From a phage: DNA of 64,000 bases. This document shows, one piece after another, positions 18,768 through 28,691 of this stretch. The stretch is from the sequence record PZ452581.1. The stretch is one strand, 5' to 3'. A program made the translations under genes and the position numbers. Below the pieces are notes generated by a model, which saw only the letters and a list, made by a program, of their open reading frames with translations, ran no database searches and was not told where the DNA came from. Position 1 is the stretch's first letter; every line of letters starts with the position of its first letter.

Positions 18768-20087
18768 TCACACATAAAATACGTCATAACGACCACGGGT
18801 AACACCAACATAAAGAAGTTGTTGAGCCAATTCAGCATCTGCATAATGAATACAAGGCGTATAAATGAAAGCACGGTCTACAGACATACCCTGAGCTTTA
18901 TGGAATGTTGATGCAGGAAGTGCTTTCACTTTACTAAACTGTGATTTAGCATCCCAAAAATCACTCCACGGAGCTTTTCCGCCTTTGTTCCAATTTTTAT
19001 AAGTTTCTGCCGTTTTACCTAAAAATAGGTTAAACTTATATAGCTCTTCATCAGATGAAATTATTTTAATCTTTTCACGATAATATTCATCATCGCCGTA
19101 AGTTTCTACTGTTAAATCCCAATGACGAATTAAGTATTCTCCAGGAACACCACGAGCTTTAACAAACGTCGATGTATACTCTGCTTCTATAATACGAACT
19201 AATTGTCCATTATTAAAAATAATTTCTGACACAGGCTTTCCATCAATTTTATATGTTTTAATTAATGGTTCCTGCATTACAATAATTTCACCGACAATAA
19301 AATCTTTATCAGTTTCAAAAATCTTTTTACGAATAATGCTATTTAACTTGTCAACAGATTTATTCGTAAATGCCATTACGCGATTTTCAAACAAATCATC
19401 TAATGATTTTACGATTGAAAAATAATTTACCATAAAATCGCGTAAAGCGGTATCACCAGTAAATCCACGTACTCCATGCCCGTCAACAACTTTATCATAA
19501 ATCCACTTACCGTTACGAACATCAGTAGCTACATCAATAATAGGAGCATTACTGCGTTTAACTTCAGTAAGTTCACACTGATAAAAATCTTTGTGTGTAA
19601 AGAATGGACTGATATAAGCAGTATTTTCTCCTGGGTCAACAGGTCTAATTTGCTTATTATCACCTATTCCAATTATAGTACACCAAGGTGGAATAGTTGA
19701 AAGCAAAATTTTAAATAGCTTTCTATCATACATTGACACTTCGTCGCAGATTAATACCTTGCATTTAGCTAAATCTGGTACTTCCTTCTGTTCAAAAAGA
19801 ACGTTTTCTTCATACGTAACTGGGTTAATTTTAAGAATACTGTGAATAGTACTCGCTTCTTTCCCCGACAGTTTTGAAAGAATCTTTTTAGCTGCATGAG
19901 TAGGAGCTGCTAAAATAATACCAGTTTCACCCGTAGATATTAAAGCTTCAATGATGAACTTAGTAAGAGTAGTCTTACCAGTACCAGCAGGTCCATTAAT
20001 AGTTACATGATGTTTCTTTTCTTTAATAGCCCTCATAACGATGTTAAAGGCATTTTTCTGGCCTTCTGTCAAATCATCAAATGTCAT
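18768..20087 (-). CDS. dda: DNA helicase Dda (SF1B)
   Basis: 439 aa, MTFDDLTEGQKNAFNIVM...INGPAGTGKTTLTKFII Walker A; matches T4 Dda. Confidence 0.95.
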   Translation of the reverse strand: MTFDDLTEGQKNAFNIVMRAIKEKKHHVTINGPAGTGKTTLTKFIIEALISTGETGIILAAPTHAAKKILSKLSGKEASTIHSILKINPVTYEENVLFEQKEVPDLAKCKVLICDEVSMYDRKLFKILLSTIPPWCTIIGIGDNKQIRPVDPGENTAYISPFFTHKDFYQCELTEVKRSNAPIIDVATDVRNGKWIYDKVVDGHGVRGFTGDTALRDFMVNYFSIVKSLDDLFENRVMAFTNKSVDKLNSIIRKKIFETDKDFIVGEIIVMQEPLIKTYKIDGKPVSEIIFNNGQLVRIIEAEYTSTFVKARGVPGEYLIRHWDLTVETYGDDEYYREKIKIISSDEELYKFNLFLGKTAETYKNWNKGGKAPWSDFWDAKSQFSKVKALPASTFHKAQGMSVDRAFIYTPCIHYADAELAQQLLYVGVTRGRYDVFYV

Positions 20088-20395
20088 CGGAAAGTCCCTG
20101 CAATTGGAATACTAACAATACGCCCAGTATCTAGAATTCGTTGATATAATCTTTGTGTATCTACATCAGGCTTAACATGTTTAACTTCTATTTTATTAAA
20201 CCAAAACTTGCGTGGAGTCTCAACTAGTCTTGGAATTCCCATACCTAAAGCTAGTTTATATTGGTCTTTGAGAGTAGTAAAAACTCTATCAGCAATCTCT
20301 CTTTCAAAAAACACAGCAGGACGATGTTCATCAAGTGGAACTGGCGCCGTAAATCCGTCTTTGTCTCGGTAAACTATCGCATATACATAAACCAT
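20084..20395 (-). CDS. Hypothetical protein (dda.1-like)
   Basis: 103-aa ORF. Confidence 0.5.
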   Translation of the reverse strand: MVYVYAIVYRDKDGFTAPVPLDEHRPAVFFEREIADRVFTTLKDQYKLALGMGIPRLVETPRKFWFNKIEVKHVKPDVDTQRLYQRILDTGRIVSIPIAGTFR

Positions 20396-20396
20396 A

Positions 20397-21143
20397 TTAT
20401 CCTCGGATAAGTTTAAAAATTGAACAATTTAGCGGGTATCCTCTTTTCAGTTTAAGTTTATCAATAAAAGACAAGTTTTGATACCGCTCTACACCTTGAA
20501 TAATTTTATCACACATGTCATATTGCATTTCTGCTTCTGACAACTTTTTCACAATTTTCCAATCCGAGCCTTTAAGAAGAACGTTCAGTTTAACAACTTC
20601 AGCGCCTTCTGCTATGCGAGAACCATCAATACGAGCTTTAAGTGCTATAATCCTTAGCTTAATGTCAGAGGTCTGTTTTGATTTAGAAAGCTGAGAAATG
20701 TGTTCAATTCGATTTTCACGCTTTTTCTGTATAGCTTTAATTTGATTATAAGTCTTTTTGATTTTAGCCCATTTCTTTTCATCTAAATTTAGTTTATGAA
20801 CTTTTTTCGCAGATGAACGACCAATTCGCAAAGCAAATAAATCACGCTTTTCAATCAACTCTTCTAAAGTATAATCAGAACGAAATGTATTATACTTTTT
20901 CTTTACTGCAATAACGTTCCCTTTAATGTATCCAATGTTATTATCAAAACGTTCTAATGATAATTTCTCTCCTTCAATACGATTATCAAAAGGTTCTCCC
21001 GAGTAAGCGCAAACTTTCTGATCTAAAATGTTCTTAATGTAATTGAAGTCTAAGTTAAAATCTTTAGAACGTCTTTTAGCAGATGCCTGAGTGTGCTCTA
21101 AACGACGTTTAATTTTACGAATTTGATTATTAGACAGTTTCAT
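20397..21143 (-). CDS. Hypothetical basic protein at T4 srd position, with a degenerate HNH-like motif
   Basis: 248 aa, length close to what I recall for T4 Srd. Segment CAYSGEPF...LSLERFDNNIGYIKGNVIAV resembles an HNH core with the catalytic D-H replaced. Confidence 0.4.
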   Translation of the reverse strand: MKLSNNQIRKIKRRLEHTQASAKRRSKDFNLDFNYIKNILDQKVCAYSGEPFDNRIEGEKLSLERFDNNIGYIKGNVIAVKKKYNTFRSDYTLEELIEKRDLFALRIGRSSAKKVHKLNLDEKKWAKIKKTYNQIKAIQKKRENRIEHISQLSKSKQTSDIKLRIIALKARIDGSRIAEGAEVVKLNVLLKGSDWKIVKKLSEAEMQYDMCDKIIQGVERYQNLSFIDKLKLKRGYPLNCSIFKLIRG

Positions 21144-21264
21144 ATTTTTCTCACATCTTACGGACGATTGACTACTATACTATAACATTTTTACCTTGGC
21201 TTGTAAACAATTTTATGAAAAATGCTTCAAAAATTTCATGGTATAATGAATCTAAGTCCTTCCA

Positions 21265-21867
21265 TTATAGATTAAATCCTTCAAAATCAAGAGTATAGAT
21301 AGTGTATGTTGAATACTTTTTATACTCATATCTATCTGCAATTCTAAATACACTTCCAGCTGGTATCATTACTTCTTGTTCATCTGAAACTAATTCCATA
21401 TTACGATAACGATGGCTATCCGGAAACTTAAAGTTTGGATTGTATTCTTTACAGCGTAGAGCTTTTATAGCATACTCCTGGAAATTGAATACCATAGGAG
21501 CTTTGAATTCAAAAATAACCTGTGTGTTATACTCTAAACCGGAAGCAAAATGTAGAGCTATATTTTTATCATATGAAGCTGATACGACTTTATCAAATGT
21601 AATAATATCAATTCCTTGATTTAACACCTGCTTAGTCTCGACTGGAACACCTCTCCAAAGAGGTTTATCGTTTGGAACCAAACGAGATTTGATTATTTCA
21701 TTTAACCAAGTATGGTCATCTGGCTTATTGGTAATACAATGAATTAAAAGTTCAATTTCAGATAAATTAAACCCTTCAGAAAGTAATTCTTCACGAATAG
21801 AAGCACGCACCGATGCATCCATTGATTTTATTTTAAAATCTTTTAGTTGCATTACTGAGTATTTCAT
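21265..21867 (-). CDS. modA: ADP-ribosyltransferase ModA
   Basis: 200 aa with R-S-E signature (LWRG, SAS, DEQEVMIP); length equals T4 ModA. Confidence 0.8.
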   Translation of the reverse strand: MKYSVMQLKDFKIKSMDASVRASIREELLSEGFNLSEIELLIHCITNKPDDHTWLNEIIKSRLVPNDKPLWRGVPVETKQVLNQGIDIITFDKVVSASYDKNIALHFASGLEYNTQVIFEFKAPMVFNFQEYAIKALRCKEYNPNFKFPDSHRYRNMELVSDEQEVMIPAGSVFRIADRYEYKKYSTYTIYTLDFEGFNL

Positions 21868-22487
21868 TCAACTACCTCAATATCATAAACTTTAAATGTT
21901 CCAAATGAATCGTGTAATTTTTCTTTTGAAATAGAAGTTATTCTATACTTTCCAATTGGAATCATCCATTCTTGTTCATGCACAATCATCATTAAGTTAT
22001 CAGTACGCTCTGAATCTAACCCATCAGTATCTTCATATGTATACTTAAACTCAGTATTAGGAGAAGAAAGTATAATATCGCTGATATGGTCAGAGTAATT
22101 AAAAGCTTTATCAGTTTTTAAACGAAGTATTGTTTCAGTGAAATATTCAGCATAAGAAAAAGAACACGCTGTATGCAAACTAGTAGTAAATGAATCTACC
22201 CTGTTCGTTGAAAACACTTCTCCAACTTGTAAATCTTTAATAAGTTCTTTTGTCGATTTTGATATACCACGATATAATTGATAAGGTGATTTAGTTAAAT
22301 GCTTTTTAACGATTTTATTCAACTGCCGATGAAGAGCTTCATTCTTTTTTGCTTCCATACATTGCCAAAGAACAGACTGCTCAAAATCAGTAAATTTTTC
22401 ACAGACCTTTTTATACATATCATATTGAAAATCAACGCTTTCAGCTTTTATAGATAACTGTTCAACATCTGCAGGATTAATAATCAT
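21864..22487 (-). CDS. modB: ADP-ribosyltransferase ModB
   Basis: 207 aa with R-S-E signature (LYRG, TTS, HEQEWMIP); length equals T4 ModB. Confidence 0.8.
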   Translation of the reverse strand: MIINPADVEQLSIKAESVDFQYDMYKKVCEKFTDFEQSVLWQCMEAKKNEALHRQLNKIVKKHLTKSPYQLYRGISKSTKELIKDLQVGEVFSTNRVDSFTTSLHTACSFSYAEYFTETILRLKTDKAFNYSDHISDIILSSPNTEFKYTYEDTDGLDSERTDNLMMIVHEQEWMIPIGKYRITSISKEKLHDSFGTFKVYDIEVVE

Positions 22488-22554
22488 GATAGCCTCCGTA
22501 TACTTCAGAAGCTATCATATCATCGTTAGAAAGGAAAGTAAACAACTTTTTGAA

Positions 22555-22737
22555 TTATTTTGCCCAGGGAGCCCAAGGCGGAGGGTCAAGATGGTATGAA
22601 GCTAGTTCTTCTAGAAGAGCATCTGGGGCTTCAATTCCATAATTCTGTAATACTATACGGTATTCTTTCTTATAATCACTAGAATCATTCTGGATATTCG
22701 TAGAATGATTATCTTCTAACATCTCAAATAAATCCAT
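22555..22737 (-). CDS. Hypothetical protein
   Basis: 60-aa ORF. Confidence 0.4.
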   Translation of the reverse strand: MDLFEMLEDNHSTNIQNDSSDYKKEYRIVLQNYGIEAPDALLEELASYHLDPPPWAPWAK

Positions 22738-22745
22738 ACTAATTC

Positions 22746-23216
22746 CTAGCGATAAAAACCAAATTGACGATTAGCTTCAATAATCTTTCTTTCTTCTTCG
22801 GACATTCTCCAGCGTAGTCCAACATCAAAATGAGCCCAGACCATCCTAACAAATGCATTTATATCTTTAATATCTTCAATAATGAATGTTTTACTTTTAG
22901 AAGGTTGACTCGCTAATTTAACTTTATCGTCTTCAAACATGTCAAAAAGACCATATTCATGAGCTCTTTTATAGCCTTTAATAGTTAAAGCTTCAGAAGA
23001 AGAAAATGGTGAATCTGTATTCTGCAAAATATCTTCAGTATGCTTTATAATTAGAATAACATTTTCTGGATATTTTCTTTCTTTTATATCTTTAATTAAA
23101 ATATCTGGATTTTCTGCTAAAGGAATAATTAATGAGCACTTTTTATCAAGTGTATTTACTGATTTACCTTCTTTAGACATAAATTCTATTGAATATAATT
23201 TTGCTACTTCAATCAT
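22746..23216 (-). CDS. Hypothetical protein
   Basis: 156-aa ORF. Confidence 0.5.
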   Translation of the reverse strand: MIEVAKLYSIEFMSKEGKSVNTLDKKCSLIIPLAENPDILIKDIKERKYPENVILIIKHTEDILQNTDSPFSSSEALTIKGYKRAHEYGLFDMFEDDKVKLASQPSKSKTFIIEDIKDINAFVRMVWAHFDVGLRWRMSEEERKIIEANRQFGFYR

Positions 23217-23369
23217 GTGATTTCCTTTTGCCTACTAATGGACCGTCAGGAATTTTATTTTCCTGGATATACTTCTCATTTTCTTCCATCATTTTACTGC
23301 CAATTTTAAGAAGCAAATCCAATGCTTCATTTGCTTTAGCCTTTGCCTCTTCTAACGTCATATCTTTGG

Positions 23370-23573
23370 TCATGATTTATCACCATAGATGTCTCTCATC
23401 AATTTAAGCGCTGAGCGTTCTAATTTCTTTTCTTTCTCAGCACTAATCATTGATTTCATCCATTCTTCTGACTCGTTCTGTATTTCTTTATTTGCCTGTT
23501 CAACCCAACCATCATCAATATACATTGAGTTTGGTCTATTGAACCATTCAAGCATTTTCTTCAGAACTTTCAT
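23370..23573 (-). CDS. Hypothetical protein
   Basis: 67-aa ORF. Confidence 0.45.
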   Translation of the reverse strand: MKVLKKMLEWFNRPNSMYIDDGWVEQANKEIQNESEEWMKSMISAEKEKKLERSALKLMRDIYGDKS

Positions 23574-24045
23574 TTGTTTTACCTAAAACGATAGTATGGA
23601 CACCGTCAAATTCATGAATTTTTAGCAAATTTGGATTTAAATTATTCCATAAAGAGGTAATAAAATATGATAGCGCACTTTCGTCCGTAATTATAAATTT
23701 ATTTCCCTTATCAATTTTCCAGTCATATATTGAATCATATGAATAGAAGGATAACGGTTTATTATTATAGTATGCTTCAGCAACATCAATATAGTTAGAT
23801 TTAGTAAATGCTTGAATTGCCATAAATGGAGAATTTTGTACAGTTTCAATAATTCCGATCTTTTTAAGTTTTATTTCAACATCTTCTGGAACTGGCATTG
23901 AAATAAAATCTTCTACTAGATACATGTCATTGTCATATCTTTTATCAATCATTACTGCTACTGTAATTGGAACATCCTTGACAAACGCCATACTAATACT
24001 ATTGATAGACATTTCAAATAAAATCGCTTCCATAATTTTCCTCAA
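23548..24045 (-). CDS. Hypothetical protein (T4 mrh region)
   Basis: 165-aa ORF; position-based only. Confidence 0.45.
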   Translation of the reverse strand: MRKIMEAILFEMSINSISMAFVKDVPITVAVMIDKRYDNDMYLVEDFISMPVPEDVEIKLKKIGIIETVQNSPFMAIQAFTKSNYIDVAEAYYNNKPLSFYSYDSIYDWKIDKGNKFIITDESALSYFITSLWNNLNPNLLKIHEFDGVHTIVLGKTNESSEENA

Positions 24046-24383
24046 TCACAAGATGTAGATGAACAACTAGAATCACAAGAACTTTCACATGAATCACCCG
24101 TCCACACATGAACAGGAACATTAGTATCATATGAATCAGAACTAGACTGTGTATTCTGCGTATTAGATGATGTAGTAGGTGTTGACCAGCGCCAAGGATT
24201 TTTATAATATTCCTGGGCTTCTTCATAAGTCATAGTAACTGCTTCTACTGTTCCATCTCCCATATAAACATATTCAACTACAGTTAAAGGGAGGTAGTCG
24301 TTTGAAATAGGAACTACACCTTCTCCGGGAGTTGTAGAGAAAAAATCCGTAAAGAAACTTTTAAACCAATTAAAGATAAACAT
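24042..24383 (-). CDS. Hypothetical protein with Ser/Cys-rich C-terminal tail
   Basis: 113 aa ending [19 protein letters not shown]. Confidence 0.5.
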   Translation of the reverse strand: MFIFNWFKSFFTDFFSTTPGEGVVPISNDYLPLTVVEYVYMGDGTVEAVTMTYEEAQEYYKNPWRWSTPTTSSNTQNTQSSSDSYDTNVPVHVWTGDSCESSCDSSCSSTSCD

Positions 24384-24589
24384 TACAAAAAGCCTCTCTT
24401 GAATTCGACTTGCTTTTCGCCATAATCATATCGAATCTCTGCATTAAATTCGACAGAACCATCTGCGTACATCATAAATGAATGCACAACAACTTCTGTA
24501 GACCATGGCTGCAGTTCATATTTCTTCATTACATGCCGTGAAATGATAATATCTAAATCTTCATTTGGTTTAATCCAGCGATTTAACAT
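24383..24589 (-). CDS. Hypothetical protein
   Basis: 68-aa ORF. Confidence 0.45.
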   Translation of the reverse strand: MLNRWIKPNEDLDIIISRHVMKKYELQPWSTEVVVHSFMMYADGSVEFNAEIRYDYGEKQVEFKRGFL

Positions 24590-24654
24590 AGTGCTCTCCT
24601 CTATAAGATAATTCTATTATACCATACTCATTTTGATATGTAAACTGCAAAAAC

Positions 24655-24692
24655 GAAAAAAGGAACCCCGAAGGATTCCTTAAATTTTAACC
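24655..24692 (-). terminator. Hairpin terminator downstream of soc
   Basis: Minus-strand AAGGAAUCC-UUCG-GGGUUCCUU hairpin followed by a T-run. Confidence 0.6.
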
Positions 24693-24944
24693 ACCAATAC
24701 CTGGAGTTGGCGTAACAGTCCAAAGACCTTCATTAGCAGTGATCCATTCAGTACGCTGATTTTCTTCATATACTGTAGAATATGCTGCTTTTTCAGAAGG
24801 GAATGTCTGATAATGAGCACCAGAAATTTTGTGAACATCAGAATAAAGAGGGAAAGCTACAGAAATTTCTTTACCCTGAATTGTACCACCATCAACTGCT
24901 TGGTCAAATGTTTTGATATTAACATAACCGCGAGTACTAGCCAT
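24687..24944 (-). CDS. soc: Small outer capsid protein Soc
   Basis: 85 aa, MASTRGYVNIKTF...EISVAFPLYSDVHKISGAHYQTFPSEKAAYSTVYEENQRTEW matches T4 Soc. Confidence 0.9.
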   Translation of the reverse strand: MASTRGYVNIKTFDQAVDGGTIQGKEISVAFPLYSDVHKISGAHYQTFPSEKAAYSTVYEENQRTEWITANEGLWTVTPTPGIGG

Positions 24945-24960
24945 GTAATTCTCCTTTTAT

Positions 24961-25170
24961 TTAAATTACATGATTATTTATAATAAATTCTCGCGGAACG
25001 TTAAAATATCCGATTTTAGTTAATATAACAACATCACCATTAATAATTACCGGAGAATAATCTTCTGAAGCATTAAATTTCCAATGGGCTCTAATATTAT
25101 ATCCATCAGAACCAAATGCTCGACTAGCCGGTCTCCCGGCTTTTTGCCATGCATAAAAATCAAATTTCAT
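24961..25170 (-). CDS. Hypothetical protein
   Basis: 69-aa ORF between soc and 56, where T4 carries segF. Confidence 0.45.
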   Translation of the reverse strand: MKFDFYAWQKAGRPASRAFGSDGYNIRAHWKFNASEDYSPVIINGDVVILTKIGYFNVPREFIINNHVI

Positions 25171-25370
25171 TTTGAATGCTCTATAATTAATTTTAAGGCT
25201 TCTTCACGCACCAACTTGTCTAATGGTATATGCCCAGTTTTAATTGTGTAAGCTTTGTGGAGCTGATTAGATAAGAGCTCGTATGTGAGCTCTTTGTCAT
25301 AATCTTTAAATAGCTGGTCAATACGTTTCTTGCGGGCTTTCTTAAGCTGGCGTTTATTTAAACGAGCCAT
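25167..25370 (-). CDS. Hypothetical basic protein
   Basis: 67-aa lysine/arginine-rich ORF. Confidence 0.45.
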   Translation of the reverse strand: MARLNKRQLKKARKKRIDQLFKDYDKELTYELLSNQLHKAYTIKTGHIPLDKLVREEALKLIIEHSK

Positions 25371-25888
25371 TAATAGCCTCTGTCTTGACGAGCGAAGTTT
25401 TCAGCATTTTTCAGATAATAAAGTTTAAATATTTCTTCAGCTGACATTCCAAGAGCAATAAATTTATTCATGAAAAAGTGAAATTGGTCAATCAGTTCAA
25501 ATTTAATTTCAAGCTGATCTTCAGGAGATAAGTCTTGAATTTTCTTGGATTGCATTTCAGAATAACGTTTCTTCCAAGGTTTCCATACAGCAGAAGCTTC
25601 TTTTTCACCATTACTCATACCACCAAGAGAAGTATATAGCTCGCGAGTTTCGTCTGCGATATAATCGTCTTGGTTTCGCAGCCAAGCAAGAACTTCTCCT
25701 GCAGTTTCAAGTGAATCAGGATGACGATTTGTTTCTGGTTTATCATTAGCCAAACGAATCTGTAAATGCCGCTGCATGTCAAGCATAACCTGCAATGGGT
25801 CAATACTGTGCATAATATACTCAGCATATGCACGATTTGCTTTATCAACACCTTCGATCAAATGAGCACATTCATTAAAGTGAGCCAT
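25370..25888 (-). CDS. 56: dCTP pyrophosphatase (dCTPase) gp56
   Basis: Track ORF 25370-25981 trimmed to internal Met MAHFNECAHLIEGVDKANRAYAEYIMH matching T4 gp56 N-terminus; MazG-like. Confidence 0.88.
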   Translation of the reverse strand: MAHFNECAHLIEGVDKANRAYAEYIMHSIDPLQVMLDMQRHLQIRLANDKPETNRHPDSLETAGEVLAWLRNQDDYIADETRELYTSLGGMSNGEKEASAVWKPWKKRYSEMQSKKIQDLSPEDQLEIKFELIDQFHFFMNKFIALGMSAEEIFKLYYLKNAENFARQDRGY

Positions 25889-25959
25889 TATTTTTCCTTT
25901 CAATTCATGGGTTAGTAGATTAATTATACAATAAATATATAAAGCAATAAGGAGGACAT

Positions 25960-26160
25960 ATGGTACAAAAATTAATGGCACTTGTTAATGCCATAAAAGG
26001 TAATAAAAAACGTATAGCTTTTACTATTTCTGCTATGGTAGGAATTTTACTCTGGAACTTTATTTTATCACCAATTGCAATTGCGCATGGTGTTAATATT
26101 CCAGTAGTTACTCTTGATACATTCGTAGATCTAGCATTTGCTTTAGTTGGGTTAATTTAA
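25960..26160 (+). CDS. Small membrane protein on the plus strand
   Basis: 66-aa hydrophobic ORF with AAGGAGG SD 6 nt upstream; occupies the gap between 56 and 61. Confidence 0.45.
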   Translation: MVQKLMALVNAIKGNKKRIAFTISAMVGILLWNFILSPIAIAHGVNIPVVTLDTFVDLAFALVGLI

Positions 26161-27185
26161 ATCTTAGCATATTTAGATAGCCGCATTTTAGCCATCAACC
26201 CCTGGGCAATATTATTTTTCATATATTCCATAATTTGTTCAGGGGTTGCACCTTCCTTTCTAATCATATCATTGACATCTTTTGATTTCCAGGGAGATTT
26301 ATCCCAAAACATAACCCTTTCTCCTGCATCAACTAATTTAGTCATTCGCTTAATAGTGTCAGGATGACGAGGTTCATTATCTAAAACCCACACACGTCTA
26401 TCTTTAAATGGAACAACTTCTAGGTCTAATTGACCACCCGTAATAGCTATACCATTTTCAATAAAAAGTGAATCTATAGGTCCTTCTAGAACATATACAT
26501 CACCATCTTTAACTCGTTCGACTCCATAGATTTTTGTTGCTTCAGGATAAGCTTTGATGGTGATATATTTTTGGGGAGCATCTTTCTTTAATGCACGTCC
26601 TTGAAAAGACTCAGCTTTTCCATTAGCATTATAAATTGGAATAACAAGACGAGGCTCAGGTATTTCCTTTTTATATGTTCCCGGTGCTATGCTATTAACT
26701 AATTTAGGCCATTCAGTTGTAAACCAAAGATATTTCCATTTATCCTTTGGAATACAACGAGCTTTTACATATTTTATAATTGCATGGTCTTCCGCCAGTT
26801 TATCTAATCGAACACATGACGGAAGAGATTTAATTATTTTCTTCTCAGGTTGTTTAGGAAGTTCTTTAGGTTTTTCTACTGGACGACTTTTACCTTTTTC
26901 TTTTCTTATTTCAAAGATATACTCACGATATAAATCAGGTTCAAACTCCTTTAAATATATTCCGATTGGTGCATGATAGTTACAGTTATAACAATGAATA
27001 TTTCCTTCATTATTATCACCATAATACCATCCACGAGCTTTATTCTGGTCGGTTTTTGAATCTCCACAAACAGGACATCTAAACCGTAATTTAAAAGTTG
27101 AACTATTATTTACTTGTGTGAATTTAGGTAAATGAGCTAATGCACGGTATGCAAACTCATTATCAATCCAAGGTATTGATGACAT
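26157..27185 (-). CDS. 61: DNA primase gp61
   Basis: 342 aa; zinc ribbon CPVCGDS...CYNC and TOPRIM region; matches T4 gp61. Confidence 0.95.
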   Translation of the reverse strand: MSSIPWIDNEFAYRALAHLPKFTQVNNSSTFKLRFRCPVCGDSKTDQNKARGWYYGDNNEGNIHCYNCNYHAPIGIYLKEFEPDLYREYIFEIRKEKGKSRPVEKPKELPKQPEKKIIKSLPSCVRLDKLAEDHAIIKYVKARCIPKDKWKYLWFTTEWPKLVNSIAPGTYKKEIPEPRLVIPIYNANGKAESFQGRALKKDAPQKYITIKAYPEATKIYGVERVKDGDVYVLEGPIDSLFIENGIAITGGQLDLEVVPFKDRRVWVLDNEPRHPDTIKRMTKLVDAGERVMFWDKSPWKSKDVNDMIRKEGATPEQIMEYMKNNIAQGLMAKMRLSKYAKI

Positions 27186-27353
27186 TTTTACTCTTCTTTT
27201 TCTTTAGATTCCTCTTTTTTCTTTTTAGGAATCTGTTCAGGGCCTTTATTTACTACAGCGCCTGACGTTGTTCCAGTAGAGATATTTTCAGGATTACCAC
27301 CTGAATCTCCAGCGACCATATCTTCTTTGATAAATTCTTTATATGTTTTCATA

Positions 27354-27710
27354 TTAACCTCTATTCATAAAAGCATTAAAAATTTGGTCATCAATAGATG
27401 GAATAGCAACCTTTTCGGCATCATTTAGCAAATCATTAATTTCATCAGATAGCATAACACATGTGCCTTTATTTCCTGTAATTGTTACTGCACAATTACG
27501 AACGTTTTCTTTATCAAAATTTAGGTTAATATTTTCGTAGTGAAAATCCTTTAATGCCGAATATATCTTTAAAATGAAATTGTCTTTTACTACAATAAAC
27601 CCAACTTCACTATTAAAACGTGGTTCATGGAAACTATAATAAACCTTTTCATCTATAAAATCGTATGAAATTTTTTCCATTTTTAAATATGAAAATTCAG
27701 AACTATACAT
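27354..27710 (-). CDS. Hypothetical protein (61.1-like)
   Basis: 118 aa; C-terminus SIDDQIFNAFMNRG shared with next ORF. Confidence 0.5.
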   Translation of the reverse strand: MYSSEFSYLKMEKISYDFIDEKVYYSFHEPRFNSEVGFIVVKDNFILKIYSALKDFHYENINLNFDKENVRNCAVTITGNKGTCVMLSDEINDLLNDAEKVAIPSIDDQIFNAFMNRG

Positions 27711-27711
27711 A

Positions 27712-28338
27712 TTAACCTTTATTCATAAAAGCATTAAAAATTTGGTCATCAATAGAAACATTTACTTTAGACTGTTTTTCTGATGGTAATTCATATCCAC
27801 ATATTACAATTTTGTAATCAATATCAAAATACACAGAAGCAATATGATTAATGATGTTTTCAGTAAAGTCTAAATCAACGTCAATATCTTTTTGACCACA
27901 GCCCAAAGGATAAATAATGCGAGTAATTCGATTATCTTTAACAAATATTCCACCGACATACTCTGTGCTGCGTTTAAAGTCTACACGCCGACGAAATGAA
28001 AAATATTCAGGCTCTCTATGAGCTCGGCTCATAGGACACAACGAGTAACTAGAATAAGAGATGTCAAATCCTACGCCTTCGATATGAGCCATAGTGTCAT
28101 GATTAAACCAATTATAATCGTACGCCAAATCCATTAGATTATAATATGTAAAAGACACCGGATTAACATCATTAGTCACAAGCATGTAATTAGCAACTGC
28201 TATAATTTCATTGTTTTTAACGAATACAAACCGTGATTGATGCGAATGACCTGGACCCGCGTTTTCACGATTAATGATATAACACTGGGCACTTTTATAT
28301 TTGTATGTATCTTTGCACTTGTGCATTTGATAGAGCAT
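27712..28338 (-). CDS. Hypothetical protein at T4 gene 61.2 position (possibly the TifA anti-ToxIN factor)
   Basis: 208 aa at the 61.2 position upstream of sp and dmd. My recollection that T4 61.2 is 208 aa and is TifA is uncertain. Confidence 0.5.
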   Translation of the reverse strand: MLYQMHKCKDTYKYKSAQCYIINRENAGPGHSHQSRFVFVKNNEIIAVANYMLVTNDVNPVSFTYYNLMDLAYDYNWFNHDTMAHIEGVGFDISYSSYSLCPMSRAHREPEYFSFRRRVDFKRSTEYVGGIFVKDNRITRIIYPLGCGQKDIDVDLDFTENIINHIASVYFDIDYKIVICGYELPSEKQSKVNVSIDDQIFNAFMNKG

Positions 28339-28631
28339 TATTCACCTACCACTTCAGCGATGATATTTTTGTTATTAAAGTTTTTATCGCAATACAGAAC
28401 ATAATTATACTGCATTACACCACCAGACTTAAGCTGTTTTTGCACTTCAGCTTTCATTTCAGGACGATCGCGCTCAACAATATTCATAATATCCGCTTCA
28501 ATTTGAGTTTCAACCTCAGTCTGATTAGCAGTCATAGACCATTCGCACAAATCTTTATCATATCCTGCCATAGCAGGCTGAGCAGCACAAGAAGCCAAAG
28601 TAAAAATTGTAGCAAAAATAAATTTTTTCAT
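28338..28631 (-). CDS. sp: Spackle (periplasmic lysozyme inhibitor)
   Basis: 97 aa with signal peptide MKKFIFATIFTLASCAAQPAMA; length and position match T4 sp. Confidence 0.8.
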   Translation of the reverse strand: MKKFIFATIFTLASCAAQPAMAGYDKDLCEWSMTANQTEVETQIEADIMNIVERDRPEMKAEVQKQLKSGGVMQYNYVLYCDKNFNNKNIIAEVVGE

Positions 28632-28691
28632 GATAATCTCCTCAGTAGTTTATGTTTATATAGTATCTCAATTTCCAACAAAAGTAAACAG

